From positions 320,001 to 384,000 of the forward strand of contig CBEVQO010000001.1 of NCBI GenBank assembly GCA_965552055.1: a stretch of DNA of 64,000 nt, in the 5' to 3' direction. The notes below the pieces were generated by a model, which was not told where the DNA came from, ran no database searches, and saw only the letters and a list, made by a program, of their open reading frames with translations. The DNA comes from an uncultured bacterium. GTDB taxonomy: Bacteria > Hydrothermota > UBA3073 > NMUJ01 > CBEVQO01. Within the stretch, counting starts at the first letter, position 1. Every line of letters begins with the position of its first letter. This document shows, one piece after another, positions 1-10,275 of the stretch. Made by a program: the position numbers and the translations under genes.

Positions 1-1060
1 TCAAAATTTCGTAAGCTATTTCTTCGTTTGTGCCTGTTAATCTTACCACTATTGGCAGTTTAATATCAAGCTGTTTCAATGCCTGAACAATTCCATTTGC
101 CACATCGTCGCATCTTGTAATGCCACCAAAAATGTTGAAAAATATTACTTTTACATTTTTATCTTCAAGTAATAATTTCAGTGCGTTTATAACCTTTTCG
201 GGATTCGAACTTCCTCCGATATCCAAGAAGTTTGCAGGTTCGCCTCCGTATTTTTTAATCAAGTCCATAGTTGCCATTGCAAGACCTGCTCCATTCACGA
301 TACACCCTATATTTCCCGTTAACTTCACATAAGATAAGCCTTTTTCTTTTGCTTCCAGTTCCTTCTTCTCATCGGGTGTTACATCTCTCATCTTCTCAAG
401 TTCTGGGTGTTTAAAAAGTGCATTATCGTCTATTATTATTTTAGCATCGAGTGCAAAAACTTCTTTTTCAGATGTTACAACAAAGGGATTTATTTCTGCA
501 AGCTGGGCATCGTTTTCTGAATATACTTTCCACAATTTTTTAATAACATCGAAGGTTTTCTTTTGCAATTCTTTATCGTTATAGAGTTTCATTGCCATTT
601 TCCTTGCCTGAAAATCTTTTAATCCCGTTAATGGGTTAATCCATTCTTTATAAATTGCTTCGGGTTTGGTGCGGGCAACCTCTTCGATATCAACTCCGCC
701 TTCAGGGCTACATATTAAGACAGGTTCTTTCTCTCTCCTGTCAAGAGTTATGCCGATGTATGCTTCTGATTCAACATCTATCTTCTTTGTTACCAGTACT
801 TTTTCCACTTTTATACCTTTCAGTTCCATTCCGAGTATGCTTTTTGCGACATCATAAGCCTCTTCCTCTGATTGTGCGAATTTTATTCCTCCTGCTTTGC
901 CTCTTCCTCCTACCAGCACCTGTGCTTTTATGACAACAGGAAAACCTATTTCTTTTGCTATTCTTACAGCTTCATCAGGAGTTTGAGCAACTTTGCCTTC
1001 GGGTATCGGTATCCCGTATTTTTTGAAGATTTCCTTTGAGCGATATTCCTGAAGCTTCAT
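1..1060 (-). CDS. sucC: Succinyl-CoA synthetase beta subunit (3' end runs off window)
   Basis: Manual translation from ATG at 1060 (GGAGG RBS upstream): MKLQEYRSKEIF..VIKAQVLVGGRGKAGG..EINPF..ALDAK..GNIGCIVNGAGLAMATMD..PANFLDIGG..FGGITRCDDVA..VRLTGTN. Confidence 0.95.
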   Translation of the reverse strand, partial: MKLQEYRSKEIFKKYGIPIPEGKVAQTPDEAVRIAKEIGFPVVIKAQVLVGGRGKAGGIKFAQSEEEAYDVAKSILGMELKGIKVEKVLVTKKIDVESEAYIGITLDRREKEPVLICSPEGGVDIEEVARTKPEAIYKEWINPLTGLKDFQARKMAMKLYNDKELQKKTFDVIKKLWKVYSENDAQLAEINPFVVTSEKEVFALDAKIIIDDNALFKHPELEKMRDVTPDEKKELEAKEKGLSYVKLTGNIGCIVNGAGLAMATMDLIKKYGGEPANFLDIGGSSNPEKVINALKLLLEDKNVKVIFFNIFGGITRCDDVANGIVQALKQLDIKLPIVVRLTGTNEEIAYEIL

Positions 1061-1156
1061 TTTACCTCCCCTTTATAAACCACATTAATTTTATTCATAA
1101 AATCGGAATGTCAATGATTTTTTCTTGACAAAAAAAGAAAAAAATTATTATAAAAT

Positions 1157-2071
1157 ATGATGTTTGTGCTGTCACTGATACTGGTGGTAATCAAAATTGA
1201 GTCCGGAGAGCCTTTTTCTGTTACTCTAGATAAGCTTTACAATGCAGGTGTTATTCGTCATAAAACTTGGACAAAATTCTGGGCTATTCTCACAGGTGCA
1301 GATAGAAGGATAAAAGCAGGCAGGTATAAGTTGAGAGAAAATATGGGAACTTTTGAGTTATTGAGAATTCTGACAAAGGGTCAAAATTTGCTTGTTACAA
1401 TACCAGAAGGAGTAACACTTAGAGAAATAGCTCATATTTTGAAGAGGGAAGCAGGTGTTGATTCCTTGCTGTTTATGGAGCTCGCAAAGGATACAATTTT
1501 CATAAGGCAACTCGGTATAAAAGAGGCAAAAACACTGGAGGGCTTCCTTTTCCCGGATACTTATTGCCTTTACTGGGGGATAGCGCCCGAAAAAGTTATT
1601 AAACTTATGGTTAAAAGGTTTTTTGAAATTTTTACAGATAGTTTGCAAAAAAGAGCAAGGGAAATAGGTTTTTCTCTTTATCAGGCAGTAATTTTTGCAT
1701 CGCTTGTTCAGGCAGAAGCAAAAGTAACAGAGGAGATGCCGATAATATCTTCTGTGTATCACAACAGGTTAAAGAAAAATTTGCCTTTGCAATGTGACCC
1801 CACAATACAATACATCCTGCCAAAAAGGAAGCCCAATCTAACTTATAAGGATTTGAAAATAAATTCACCTTATAACACTTACATCCACAGAGGGTTGCCT
1901 CCCGGACCCATATGCTCTCCCGGTAAAGATGCGATAATAGCAGCACTTTATCCTGCCGAAACCGATTACTTATATTTTGTGGCAAAAGGAGATGGAACAC
2001 ACATATTTTCAAAAACACATAAAGAACATTTGAGGGCAAAGAGATGGGTGAGAAAATTCAGAAAATATTAA
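1157..2071 (+). CDS. mltG: Endolytic transglycosylase MltG (YceG family)
   Basis: TIPEG, LEGFLFPDTY, ASLVQAE, LQCDPT, SPYNTY..GLPPGPICSPG, YLYFVA motifs. Confidence 0.95.
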   Translation: MMFVLSLILVVIKIESGEPFSVTLDKLYNAGVIRHKTWTKFWAILTGADRRIKAGRYKLRENMGTFELLRILTKGQNLLVTIPEGVTLREIAHILKREAGVDSLLFMELAKDTIFIRQLGIKEAKTLEGFLFPDTYCLYWGIAPEKVIKLMVKRFFEIFTDSLQKRAREIGFSLYQAVIFASLVQAEAKVTEEMPIISSVYHNRLKKNLPLQCDPTIQYILPKRKPNLTYKDLKINSPYNTYIHRGLPPGPICSPGKDAIIAALYPAETDYLYFVAKGDGTHIFSKTHKEHLRAKRWVRKFRKY

Positions 2072-4284
2072 TTTTCTTATTTATAACATCGCTTGCATAT
2101 TCACAGGAAATGCCTGAAATCATTGATATACAGATAACAGGCAATAAGTACATTGAAGATGGATTCATTTATTCTTTAATCGGTGTGGATATAGGTGATA
2201 AATTGTCTCCTACGCTTACTTCTGATATCCTGAAAAAATTGTATAAAACAGGATTGTTTAAAGATGTAAAAGTAACTGCAACTCAAACAGAATACGGGGT
2301 TTCTCTGTTGATAAAAGTTATGGAAAATCCCATTCTGGATAGCGTTATCATTTATAAAAGGGATAAAAGATTATCTAGGAAAAAGACGAATAAAATTCTT
2401 GAAAAACTGGAAATTGACCTTGGACAATTTCTTTCGGATAAAGATATTTTTGATATAAAGAAAAAGTTAGAAGAGAAATACAAAAAGTATAAAGTGGATA
2501 TAGATAAGTTTGAGGAAAATGGCAGGGTTTATCTTGTTATAAGGATGTCGAAGAAGAAAATTTATCGTTTCGGTAAAATTACAATATATGGCGAAAAGAG
2601 ATTGAAAGAGAAGGATTTAAAGAAAGCATTAAAGCTTACAAAAAGGAAGTGGCTGCTTTTCAAGGAGAAAAAGAAATTTTCGGAATTCGAACTTGATAAT
2701 GCATTATTAAGATTGGATGAGTATTTCAAGAAACATGGATTTATGGAAGCAGAAGTAAAGAGTGTAAAACTTGACACTAATAAAAATAGGGTAGATTTAT
2801 CCCTGGAAATTTTTGAGGGGAAAAGGTATTATTTTGGTGATTTTAGCATAGAAGGAGCAAAGGCTATTCCTGAAAAGGTTTTGTCAAAGCAAATAAAAAT
2901 TAAAAAAAGTAAACCATACAATCCCTTTAAGATTCAGAAGTCAATTCAAAATATCGCTGTTTTGTATGCCGACCTCGGGTATATGCGCGCAAATATCCGT
3001 CCAGAAGAGGAAATAAAAGATACAATTGTAAACATAAAATTTAAAATAAACGAGGGAAATAAAATGAGAGTAAGGAAAATTTTGATAGTAAATAATACAA
3101 AGACATTCGATAAAGTGATAAGAAGGGAACTTGTGATATTTCCTGGTGATGTTTTGAGCCGTGACAAAATAATAATGAGTCAAAGGAAAATATTCAGTTT
3201 AAATTATTTTGACAATGTGGAGGTTCAAATGAGGGAGACCGAGAATGAAGATGAAGTTGACCTTATTTTTAAAGTATATGAGAAAAAATTTATGGGTAAT
3301 TTTTCCGTAGGTGCTTCATATTCCAAGGAACAGGGTATCGCTGGTTATGCTACCGTTACAATGCCCAATTTCAGAGGTAGGGGCGAGGAAATACGCTTTA
3401 CCGCTACCAAGGGCGAGAAAATAAATGACCTTACACTCGGATATACAAAGCCATGGATTTTCGATACACCTTTAACCGTTGGACTCGACTTCTTTATAAC
3501 CACAAGAAGGTATATAGATTTTACGAAAAGAAGAAGAGGAATAGGTTTATCTCTAAGCAGACCTTTGCCATGGAATCCTTATACAAAGATATTTTACTAT
3601 CACAATATTGAAATGGTAAAAGTGAATCTTTATGATACAACGAATATTTCACCTTATATGCGTGAGCAATTACAGAATAGGTTACAAAATTTGATGCGCT
3701 TTGTTATAAAAAGGGATTCAAGGGATAATCCTTTTAATCCCCGTGTCGGCACATTGAATTTATTCTCTTTTGATTTTGCTGGTATCTTTGGTGATGTCTA
3801 TTACAGGAAAATTGAATTTGAGAATTGTTGTTACAATAGGTTATATCGTGATTTTTACATTATGTTGCGTTATCGTTTTGGTGCAGCTTTTGGTGATGTG
3901 CCGATTTACGAGCGCTTTCTGCTCGGAGGAGCAGGTGTATGGGGAGTGAGAGGATACAGAGATTATTCTATAGGAATTCCTACAGGTACCATTATAATGG
4001 GTGGAAGATATGCTGTTTGTGCCACAATAGAGATAAAATATGCACCGAAAACACAGAAAATGCAAACATTTTATCCTTTAATATTCTTTGATGCTGGAAA
4101 CACTTCTGAAAATCTTTTTGATTTATCTCTGACTAAAATGAAAATAGGAGCAGGAATCGGCATAAGGATGGAGTTGCCGATGATAGGTGTTATTGGGATT
4201 GATTATGGATACGGCTTTAACAGACCTGAGAAGAGATGGCGTGATAGGTGGGAGTTGCATTTCCAGGGAATGAGGATGTTCTAA
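2044..4284 (+). CDS. bamA: Outer membrane protein assembly factor BamA (Omp85)
   Basis: Signal peptide, POTRA-like repeats (TKTFDKVIRREL), barrel motifs VRGY and FFDAGN, C-terminal Phe. Confidence 0.9.
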   Translation: MGEKIQKILIFLFITSLAYSQEMPEIIDIQITGNKYIEDGFIYSLIGVDIGDKLSPTLTSDILKKLYKTGLFKDVKVTATQTEYGVSLLIKVMENPILDSVIIYKRDKRLSRKKTNKILEKLEIDLGQFLSDKDIFDIKKKLEEKYKKYKVDIDKFEENGRVYLVIRMSKKKIYRFGKITIYGEKRLKEKDLKKALKLTKRKWLLFKEKKKFSEFELDNALLRLDEYFKKHGFMEAEVKSVKLDTNKNRVDLSLEIFEGKRYYFGDFSIEGAKAIPEKVLSKQIKIKKSKPYNPFKIQKSIQNIAVLYADLGYMRANIRPEEEIKDTIVNIKFKINEGNKMRVRKILIVNNTKTFDKVIRRELVIFPGDVLSRDKIIMSQRKIFSLNYFDNVEVQMRETENEDEVDLIFKVYEKKFMGNFSVGASYSKEQGIAGYATVTMPNFRGRGEEIRFTATKGEKINDLTLGYTKPWIFDTPLTVGLDFFITTRRYIDFTKRRRGIGLSLSRPLPWNPYTKIFYYHNIEMVKVNLYDTTNISPYMREQLQNRLQNLMRFVIKRDSRDNPFNPRVGTLNLFSFDFAGIFGDVYYRKIEFENCCYNRLYRDFYIMLRYRFGAAFGDVPIYERFLLGGAGVWGVRGYRDYSIGIPTGTIIMGGRYAVCATIEIKYAPKTQKMQTFYPLIFFDAGNTSENLFDLSLTKMKIGAGIGIRMELPMIGVIGIDYGYGFNRPEKRWRDRWELHFQGMRMF

Positions 4285-4285
4285 A

Positions 4286-5101
4286 ATGAAAGAATTATTA
4301 ACAATTTTGAAGGAAGATTTAGACACGCAAAGGAAAATATTCGGATTGTTGCAGAAGATGACAAAACTGATGGAAGATAAGGTGAAAAATGTATACGCAA
4401 TCGAAAAGTCGCTATCAGAAATGGAGAAATTGGTGAAAAAGATGAGAGAAAGCGAGATTAAGAAAAAATTACAGGAATTTATCGAAAAAGAAGGAGAAAA
4501 ATTGCGAAGTTTAAAGAATGAATTAAAATTGAAGCTGTTTACACAGTTAAAGGAAAAATTGCAAAAGGGAGGATTAAATTTAAAAGGCCAATATCCCAAT
4601 TTGTACTGTGGGATTTTTACATTGAAAATAGATTTTGAGAGAGGGGCTGTGAGATTGCTAATAGGACCCGAAGAAGTATCGAAATTGCAGTTAAATCCCG
4701 ATAATGTTGCTGATTATATTTTGAAATATATGAAGGAATTAAAGGAAAGGGAATTTGATGCATCTAAATTTTATAATCTTTTGCGTCAGGCATACAGGAG
4801 ATATGTTTTGTTGAATAATATGCAGGATGGTGATAGAGCACCCATTGTTGGTGTGTATAATGAATTTGTGTTATTAAACCAGCCAAAAAGTTTCTTTATA
4901 GAGCCAAAGAGGGAGAACTTTAAGCCTTATCCCCGTTTATTTTTCGCATATGACCTTTATAGACTCAGACGGACACAGTTTAAAGATAAGATAAATTTGA
5001 TAGTCGCTACATTGCAGGCAACATCCGATCAGACAAAGTATATGTATATTTTTGATACAGAAGAGTCAGGTACAAGGTATTCTTACATTATCGTAAGATG
5101 A
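4286..5101 (+). CDS. Hypothetical protein (N-terminal coiled coil)
   Basis: 271-aa ORF tightly packed between bamA and tsaD; no recognisable motif. Confidence 0.75.
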   Translation: MKELLTILKEDLDTQRKIFGLLQKMTKLMEDKVKNVYAIEKSLSEMEKLVKKMRESEIKKKLQEFIEKEGEKLRSLKNELKLKLFTQLKEKLQKGGLNLKGQYPNLYCGIFTLKIDFERGAVRLLIGPEEVSKLQLNPDNVADYILKYMKELKEREFDASKFYNLLRQAYRRYVLLNNMQDGDRAPIVGVYNEFVLLNQPKSFFIEPKRENFKPYPRLFFAYDLYRLRRTQFKDKINLIVATLQATSDQTKYMYIFDTEESGTRYSYIIVR

Positions 5102-6090
5102 TAATCCTCGGTATAGAGACATCATGTGATGATACATCGTGTGGGATAATAAGGAGAGAAGATGAAGAAATAGAAGTTTTATCAAATGTTACGCATACTC
5201 AGTTAATCCATGCAGAATATGGTGGGGTTGTTCCTGAGCTTGCTGCTCGTGCTCATGTGAAAAATATTTTGCCTGTTTTACAAAAAGCACTTGAAGAAGC
5301 CAAAATTGATTTGAGTGAAATTGATGGAATAGGGGTTACTTATGGACCTGGTCTTATAGGGTCTTTGCTCTGTGGAGTGGAATTCGCAAAAGCTTTTTCG
5401 TATGCATTGAAGAAACCCCTTTGCGGTGTAAACCATCTGGAAGCCCATATTTATTCACTTTTTCTGGAGAACAAGATAAATTTTCCTTTTATTTGCTTAA
5501 TCGTTTCGGGAGGACACACTGACTTATTGATATTTTATGAGCATTTCAACTATAAACTCCTTGGTACAACGGTTGATGATGCAGCGGGAGAGGCTTTGGA
5601 TAAGGTTGGAAGATTACTCGGACTCGAATATCCCGGAGGTCCTGCAATAGATAGAATATCAAAAAAGGGAAATCCAAAAAGGATAGATTTTCCGAGGATG
5701 AATGTAAAAGGCTTAGATTTTAGTTTTAGTGGTATAAAGACATCTGCTCTCTATTATATTAAAAGGATAGGCAAATGGCGAGAGATACCCGTTTATCCTG
5801 TTGAAGATATAGCAGCGAGTTTTCAGGAAGCAGTTGTTGACTCTTTGATAATGAGGATAATGGAAGCGGTGGAGCTTACAGGGGTTAAGCGTGTTGGTGT
5901 ATGCGGGGGGGTGGCGCGCAATTCGAGACTCAGGGAGAAGTTAAGAGAAATGGATATAGAAGTTTTTTATCCTTCAGGTAAATTCTGTACGGATAACGGT
6001 GCAATGGTAGCGCTTTGTGCTTCTTATTATATTGAACGGGGAATAATCTCCGACATAAATTTAACATCCAATCCCTCTTTGCATTTATAG
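5098..6090 (+). CDS. tsaD: tRNA N6-adenosine threonylcarbamoyltransferase
   Basis: ILGIETSCDDT, YGGVVPELAARAH, GPGLIGSL, HLEAH, VSGGHT, DDAAGEALDK, CTDNGAM. Confidence 0.97.
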   Translation: MIILGIETSCDDTSCGIIRREDEEIEVLSNVTHTQLIHAEYGGVVPELAARAHVKNILPVLQKALEEAKIDLSEIDGIGVTYGPGLIGSLLCGVEFAKAFSYALKKPLCGVNHLEAHIYSLFLENKINFPFICLIVSGGHTDLLIFYEHFNYKLLGTTVDDAAGEALDKVGRLLGLEYPGGPAIDRISKKGNPKRIDFPRMNVKGLDFSFSGIKTSALYYIKRIGKWREIPVYPVEDIAASFQEAVVDSLIMRIMEAVELTGVKRVGVCGGVARNSRLREKLREMDIEVFYPSGKFCTDNGAMVALCASYYIERGIISDINLTSNPSLHL

Positions 6091-6135
6091 ATGAAAAAAT
6101 CTTGACAAATCAAATAATTGTGTTATAATAATATA

Positions 6136-7164
6136 ATGTTGATGATAAGTTTTTTAGTTGGAATTAGTTTATTTTATAACCCTCTGAAGATAACTATGGG
6201 CTATAATTTTTATAACCACAGACCGTTGGGTGAAGTATATCTTAATACCGTGGGTTTCAAAGTAAAGAATGTATCTGTGGGAGTAAGTTTTCATTATTTT
6301 TCTTATGTCCAGACAACTAAATATATAGAATTTGGGAAAAAGGTGCAAACAACTGTGGGAGAGTATGAGCGTGCCCGTGTAATCTATGAAAACATTGACC
6401 ATTTTGGTGTAATGAATATAGGATTTTCTTTTAAACGCATAAATTTTCGGCTCACGATACCACTATGGGTTATAAACGATGACTGGTATATGTGGGGGTT
6501 GATTCGTTATTTTGATTCCGATTCGAGTTTAAGCTTCCTTGATTGCCAAAGTGAGCCTCTCTTTTTTATAAAACCTTCTCTTTGTTATCAATTCAAGGGA
6601 AATAAATATGGATTATTGAAGCTTGAGGCAGGATTATTTTTATTAAAATTTCCAAGTCTAAGGGGTTATGACTATTCTACTTCATTGGAACCTTCTCCTT
6701 TATCAAATAAAATAAAAACTTTCTTTATTTCTCCTTATGTTCAGGCAAATTGTGATTTTTCCAAAATAGAAATTTCGAGGCACAATACTCTTACGGATAT
6801 GGCATTAAATATAGGTATTTGTACTGAATTAACATTGTGTTTTTTCTTTTACGCTCCTTACATAGATGAAGTTCCACTGAGTACAAGGCTTTTTACTGCC
6901 TCTTTATGGACTATGAATACTTTAGTAACTTCCTTCTTGGAACATAAAGTAAAAGAGAAGTATGGAAATAAATGGTTTATTAAGTTGTTGTCCGGTGCAT
7001 CCACAGGGCTTATATGGGGAGCGGGAAACCTTTTATTTGCTGGATTGACGGATGCGGAAATTTATTTAGGAAGTGGAGATTATCTTGCAACTACTTACAG
7101 TTGTGTGACGGTACTGGGAATAGGGATGCTTTCGCATGTACTAACATCTTTAATTTTTGATTAA
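6136..7164 (+). CDS. Hypothetical membrane/exported protein
   Basis: Long ORF with hydrophobic N-terminus and several C-terminal hydrophobic helices; start placed at ATG 6136, 6 nt after TATAAT (6124-6129). Confidence 0.7.
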   Translation: MLMISFLVGISLFYNPLKITMGYNFYNHRPLGEVYLNTVGFKVKNVSVGVSFHYFSYVQTTKYIEFGKKVQTTVGEYERARVIYENIDHFGVMNIGFSFKRINFRLTIPLWVINDDWYMWGLIRYFDSDSSLSFLDCQSEPLFFIKPSLCYQFKGNKYGLLKLEAGLFLLKFPSLRGYDYSTSLEPSPLSNKIKTFFISPYVQANCDFSKIEISRHNTLTDMALNIGICTELTLCFFFYAPYIDEVPLSTRLFTASLWTMNTLVTSFLEHKVKEKYGNKWFIKLLSGASTGLIWGAGNLLFAGLTDAEIYLGSGDYLATTYSCVTVLGIGMLSHVLTSLIFD

Positions 7165-7168
7165 TTTA

Positions 7169-9862
7169 TTATGAATGGAAAAGTTCTTCTCGAAGTATTT
7201 TTACACTTTCTTTGAATATATTGGGCATCTGTATTCCGAAATATTTCTTTATATATTCATCTATTTCTTTGTGTGCACTCTTTATCAGTGCGATGTCTTT
7301 TGAAGTTATATGCCATGTCCCGTGTGTCAGCCTTCCTAAGTTTCTTATGTCTCGGAGAGGTTCTAATACATCTTTTTCTATTTTTAAAAATTCCTTGATT
7401 TTTTCCGTTCTTTCATCGTCAGGATGCTCCGCGCACCATTTTTCTAATTTTTCTATTTTTTTAGGAAATCTTTTTTCTTCTTTGGTAAGCTTTATTCCTA
7501 TTTCTTCCAGAAAGCATTTTATTATATTTTCGTTTATAGCGAACAGCTCCATAACTGCTTCTGTGTTTTCATCTCTATCTATGTAAATCTCTGCAATGTC
7601 TTTCATCAATTTTATCAATACTTTTTTATTTTCATTAGATGCTGTTAATGTTTCTTCAAGGTTTTCGAATTTCTGTGCGATTTCAGGCTCTTTTTCTTTC
7701 AACCTTTCGAATCTTTCCAATGCTGCCCTTATGTTGAAGTCCCATAATATCTGTAATATCATGAGTATTTCTTTTGCCCATTTCTGATGTCTGAATGGTG
7801 AATTGTCTATCTCTTCTTTTGCTGGTGCGAACAGGCATTTATCAAGTAATCTTTCTATTCTTTCTTTTGCTCTATTTTGCAATATTTCTCTGAAATAATT
7901 TATCTCCCTTGGTTCCCCATCTTCACCTTCTTTTGGTTTTTCTCTTGATATATAATAAAATCTTGTATTTTCGTCCAGGAATTCCATTGCAAGGGTGAAG
8001 TAAGTTGCTGGTGCTCCTGCTGCTACCTGAATGCATTTGCACGGGTATTTTTTTAATTCTTTTGCATGTTCTTTGCTGAATTTCTTCATCCATTCTGACA
8101 TTTTATCGTAATCCGCTGGATTTTCCCTTATTTTTATTATTTCCGTTTCTATGTTAAAATTCTTCTCTATAAAGTTCTTAGTGATATTTGCAAGAAATAT
8201 CGTATCCTGTCTGTTTTTCTCTCTATCTTTTTGATCCGTTGCAAGGAGAAATATCTTTTTAAGAGTGAACTTATCATTCAGCAGTTTTATAAGTGGGGTT
8301 ATCAGCGGGAATTTTATTCTTTTTACGAGAAATCTTTCTCTTTCTCTGGTATCCCGTTTTACGAGTTCCACTTCTATTCCATCTGTGATTATCATATTGT
8401 TTTCGATTTTTGTTTCTCTTTCTATTTCCCGCTGGAGTATTTCTGTTGCTTCTCTGAAATTTATGAATTTTCTACTCAATTCTCTCACCTCTGTATCTGA
8501 GAAAAGGACTATATCCGAGTTTCCGAGTGTGTAAAGCAGGCATGCTTCTTCTTTTGCTGGCTTTGCATATATTTCTCCTGCTTCATTGATTTTTGTAATC
8601 ACTACATCCATTTCTTCCCCCTTTTTATATTTTAGACGCGAATATAAATTAGCTTCTTTCCCATTTATATCGATTATTGTTTCTCTGTATTCTGAAAATT
8701 TTACTTTTGCCTTATAAATTTTACTTTTCCCTTCTTTTAGTTCTTTTATCATTTGTGCCTTTTCAATCGATACTATTGCGGTATTGTTATTTTCATTGAT
8801 TCTTTCCACGAACACATCTATTTTTTCTTTATTTTCAAACTTATCTGCTTCCCAGTTTTTTTCTATCACCTTGCATACATATCCTCCATTGAGTAACAGG
8901 ATTGTTTTTTTATCTTTTTTACATACGATTGCTTTGTTTATTGATTTTGGCAGTGGGAATGTTTCATCTTCGAAATATTTTTCCACACAATATTTTGGCA
9001 TTTTAAGGTACAGCGATGTTCCTCTTTTCTCCAGTATTTGCACCGTTAATGTGTCGCCATTTTCCGGTCTGTCACATACTTTCTCTTTGCTTCTCGGCAA
9101 AAAGCAATCGACTCCCATTATCTGCACAATTGAGCCTGCTTCCTTTACCTCTTTAACTATACCGGTAAAAATGGCATCGCGGTTATCCTGCCATGTCTGA
9201 ATTATCTTTGCTTTGTTTACAGATACCTTTGCCCTCTTATTCCTGTAATCAATATAATCTATGAAAACAGGGATATGATCATATGGTGTTGATTCTAATT
9301 CTTCGTATGTTTCTCCTATTATTCCTGTTGGCAATTCGACTTCGCACAAATGTCCTGTTTTTATTATCCTTCCATAGACAATAATTCCCTCGCGGATTCG
9401 CGGAATCTTTTCAATTTCTTCCTTTATCCGGGGTAATTCTTCAATTGATGTTATTGAGCGTTTTTTCATCTCAAACTCATTTATTAATACCGAGTATCTG
9501 TATATATCTGCTCTGAGCAAATTGATGGCTTCCTTTGTCTCCTCCATGCTTCTTTTAAACTCCATTTTTCTTTCTCGATCAAGTGTATAGCCCTCTCTCT
9601 TATAAAATTCCAGTTCCTTCCTGAAAGCTTGCCTTATTTCTATGAGGTCTTCTATCATCTTTTTTCTTTCTTCTTTCAATTCTCTTATGAGCTCGTTGTA
9701 TCCCCTTATTAATTCTGCTCTTTTTGCTTTTCTTCTATAATAATATGCTTCTCTTTGTTTAATCCTGTAATATGTTCTTCTTCTTTTTTCTTCTTCCTTT
9801 TTTCTTTCGAGTATCTTTTTTGCTATAAATGCACCTACGCCTATTGCAATCCATATCCACAT
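7169..9862 (-). CDS. Type III CRISPR ancillary protein: TM anchor - coiled coil - four S1-like domains - CARF - HEPN (897 aa)
   Basis: MWIWIAIGVGAFIAKK anchor; S1-like FTGIVKEVKEAGSIVQIMGVDCFLPRS; CARF-like YTLGNSD..LLATDQ..QDTIFLA..AAGAPA, paralogous to the 450-aa ORF; HEPN RNLGRLTH (Rx6H); last gene of the csm operon. Confidence 0.75.
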   Translation of the reverse strand: MWIWIAIGVGAFIAKKILERKKEEEKRRRTYYRIKQREAYYYRRKAKRAELIRGYNELIRELKEERKKMIEDLIEIRQAFRKELEFYKREGYTLDRERKMEFKRSMEETKEAINLLRADIYRYSVLINEFEMKKRSITSIEELPRIKEEIEKIPRIREGIIVYGRIIKTGHLCEVELPTGIIGETYEELESTPYDHIPVFIDYIDYRNKRAKVSVNKAKIIQTWQDNRDAIFTGIVKEVKEAGSIVQIMGVDCFLPRSKEKVCDRPENGDTLTVQILEKRGTSLYLKMPKYCVEKYFEDETFPLPKSINKAIVCKKDKKTILLLNGGYVCKVIEKNWEADKFENKEKIDVFVERINENNNTAIVSIEKAQMIKELKEGKSKIYKAKVKFSEYRETIIDINGKEANLYSRLKYKKGEEMDVVITKINEAGEIYAKPAKEEACLLYTLGNSDIVLFSDTEVRELSRKFINFREATEILQREIERETKIENNMIITDGIEVELVKRDTRERERFLVKRIKFPLITPLIKLLNDKFTLKKIFLLATDQKDREKNRQDTIFLANITKNFIEKNFNIETEIIKIRENPADYDKMSEWMKKFSKEHAKELKKYPCKCIQVAAGAPATYFTLAMEFLDENTRFYYISREKPKEGEDGEPREINYFREILQNRAKERIERLLDKCLFAPAKEEIDNSPFRHQKWAKEILMILQILWDFNIRAALERFERLKEKEPEIAQKFENLEETLTASNENKKVLIKLMKDIAEIYIDRDENTEAVMELFAINENIIKCFLEEIGIKLTKEEKRFPKKIEKLEKWCAEHPDDERTEKIKEFLKIEKDVLEPLRDIRNLGRLTHGTWHITSKDIALIKSAHKEIDEYIKKYFGIQMPNIFKESVKILREELFHS

Positions 9863-10275
9863 TATTTTTCCGGAATTAATTTAATTACTTCGTTGATGTT
9901 AATGTAAAATTCGGCTATTTTATCATTTATTTCTTTCAATTTATCATCGGTTAATGCGTTCATTTCTCTTAGTTCCTCTTTTACTTTTTCATATTTGCTT
10001 ATGAATTTTTCCAGTTCCTTTATCTGATTGATGAGTTCTTTTCTTCTTTCTCTTTTTTCCTCGAGATATGCTTTAGCCATCTTTACCACTGCATCTACTT
10101 TTTCTTTCCATATTTCTTTTTCTATTTCGGCTTTTTCATAGATGTGTCTTATTTTTAATCTTTCTCTTTCGGTTAGTTCTTTTTCTTTTCTATAAGCGAA
10201 ATATTCTGCAGCAGCTCTGCATGCCTCTATTATTGCCAGTCCCATTGCTCCTATTGTCGTTAGTATCGGTATCAT
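9862..10275 (-). CDS. Small coiled-coil protein with hydrophobic N-terminus, in type III-A operon
   Basis: MIPILTTIGAMGLAIIEAC then charged helical sequence; TGATG and TAATG overlaps with neighbours. Confidence 0.8.
   Translation of the reverse strand: MIPILTTIGAMGLAIIEACRAAAEYFAYRKEKELTERERLKIRHIYEKAEIEKEIWKEKVDAVVKMAKAYLEEKRERRKELINQIKELEKFISKYEKVKEELREMNALTDDKLKEINDKIAEFYININEVIKLIPEK

Noticed and set aside
120..933. Short plus-strand ORFs over sucC, and similar antisense ORFs across the window
   Set aside because: Shadow frames opposite well-supported genes
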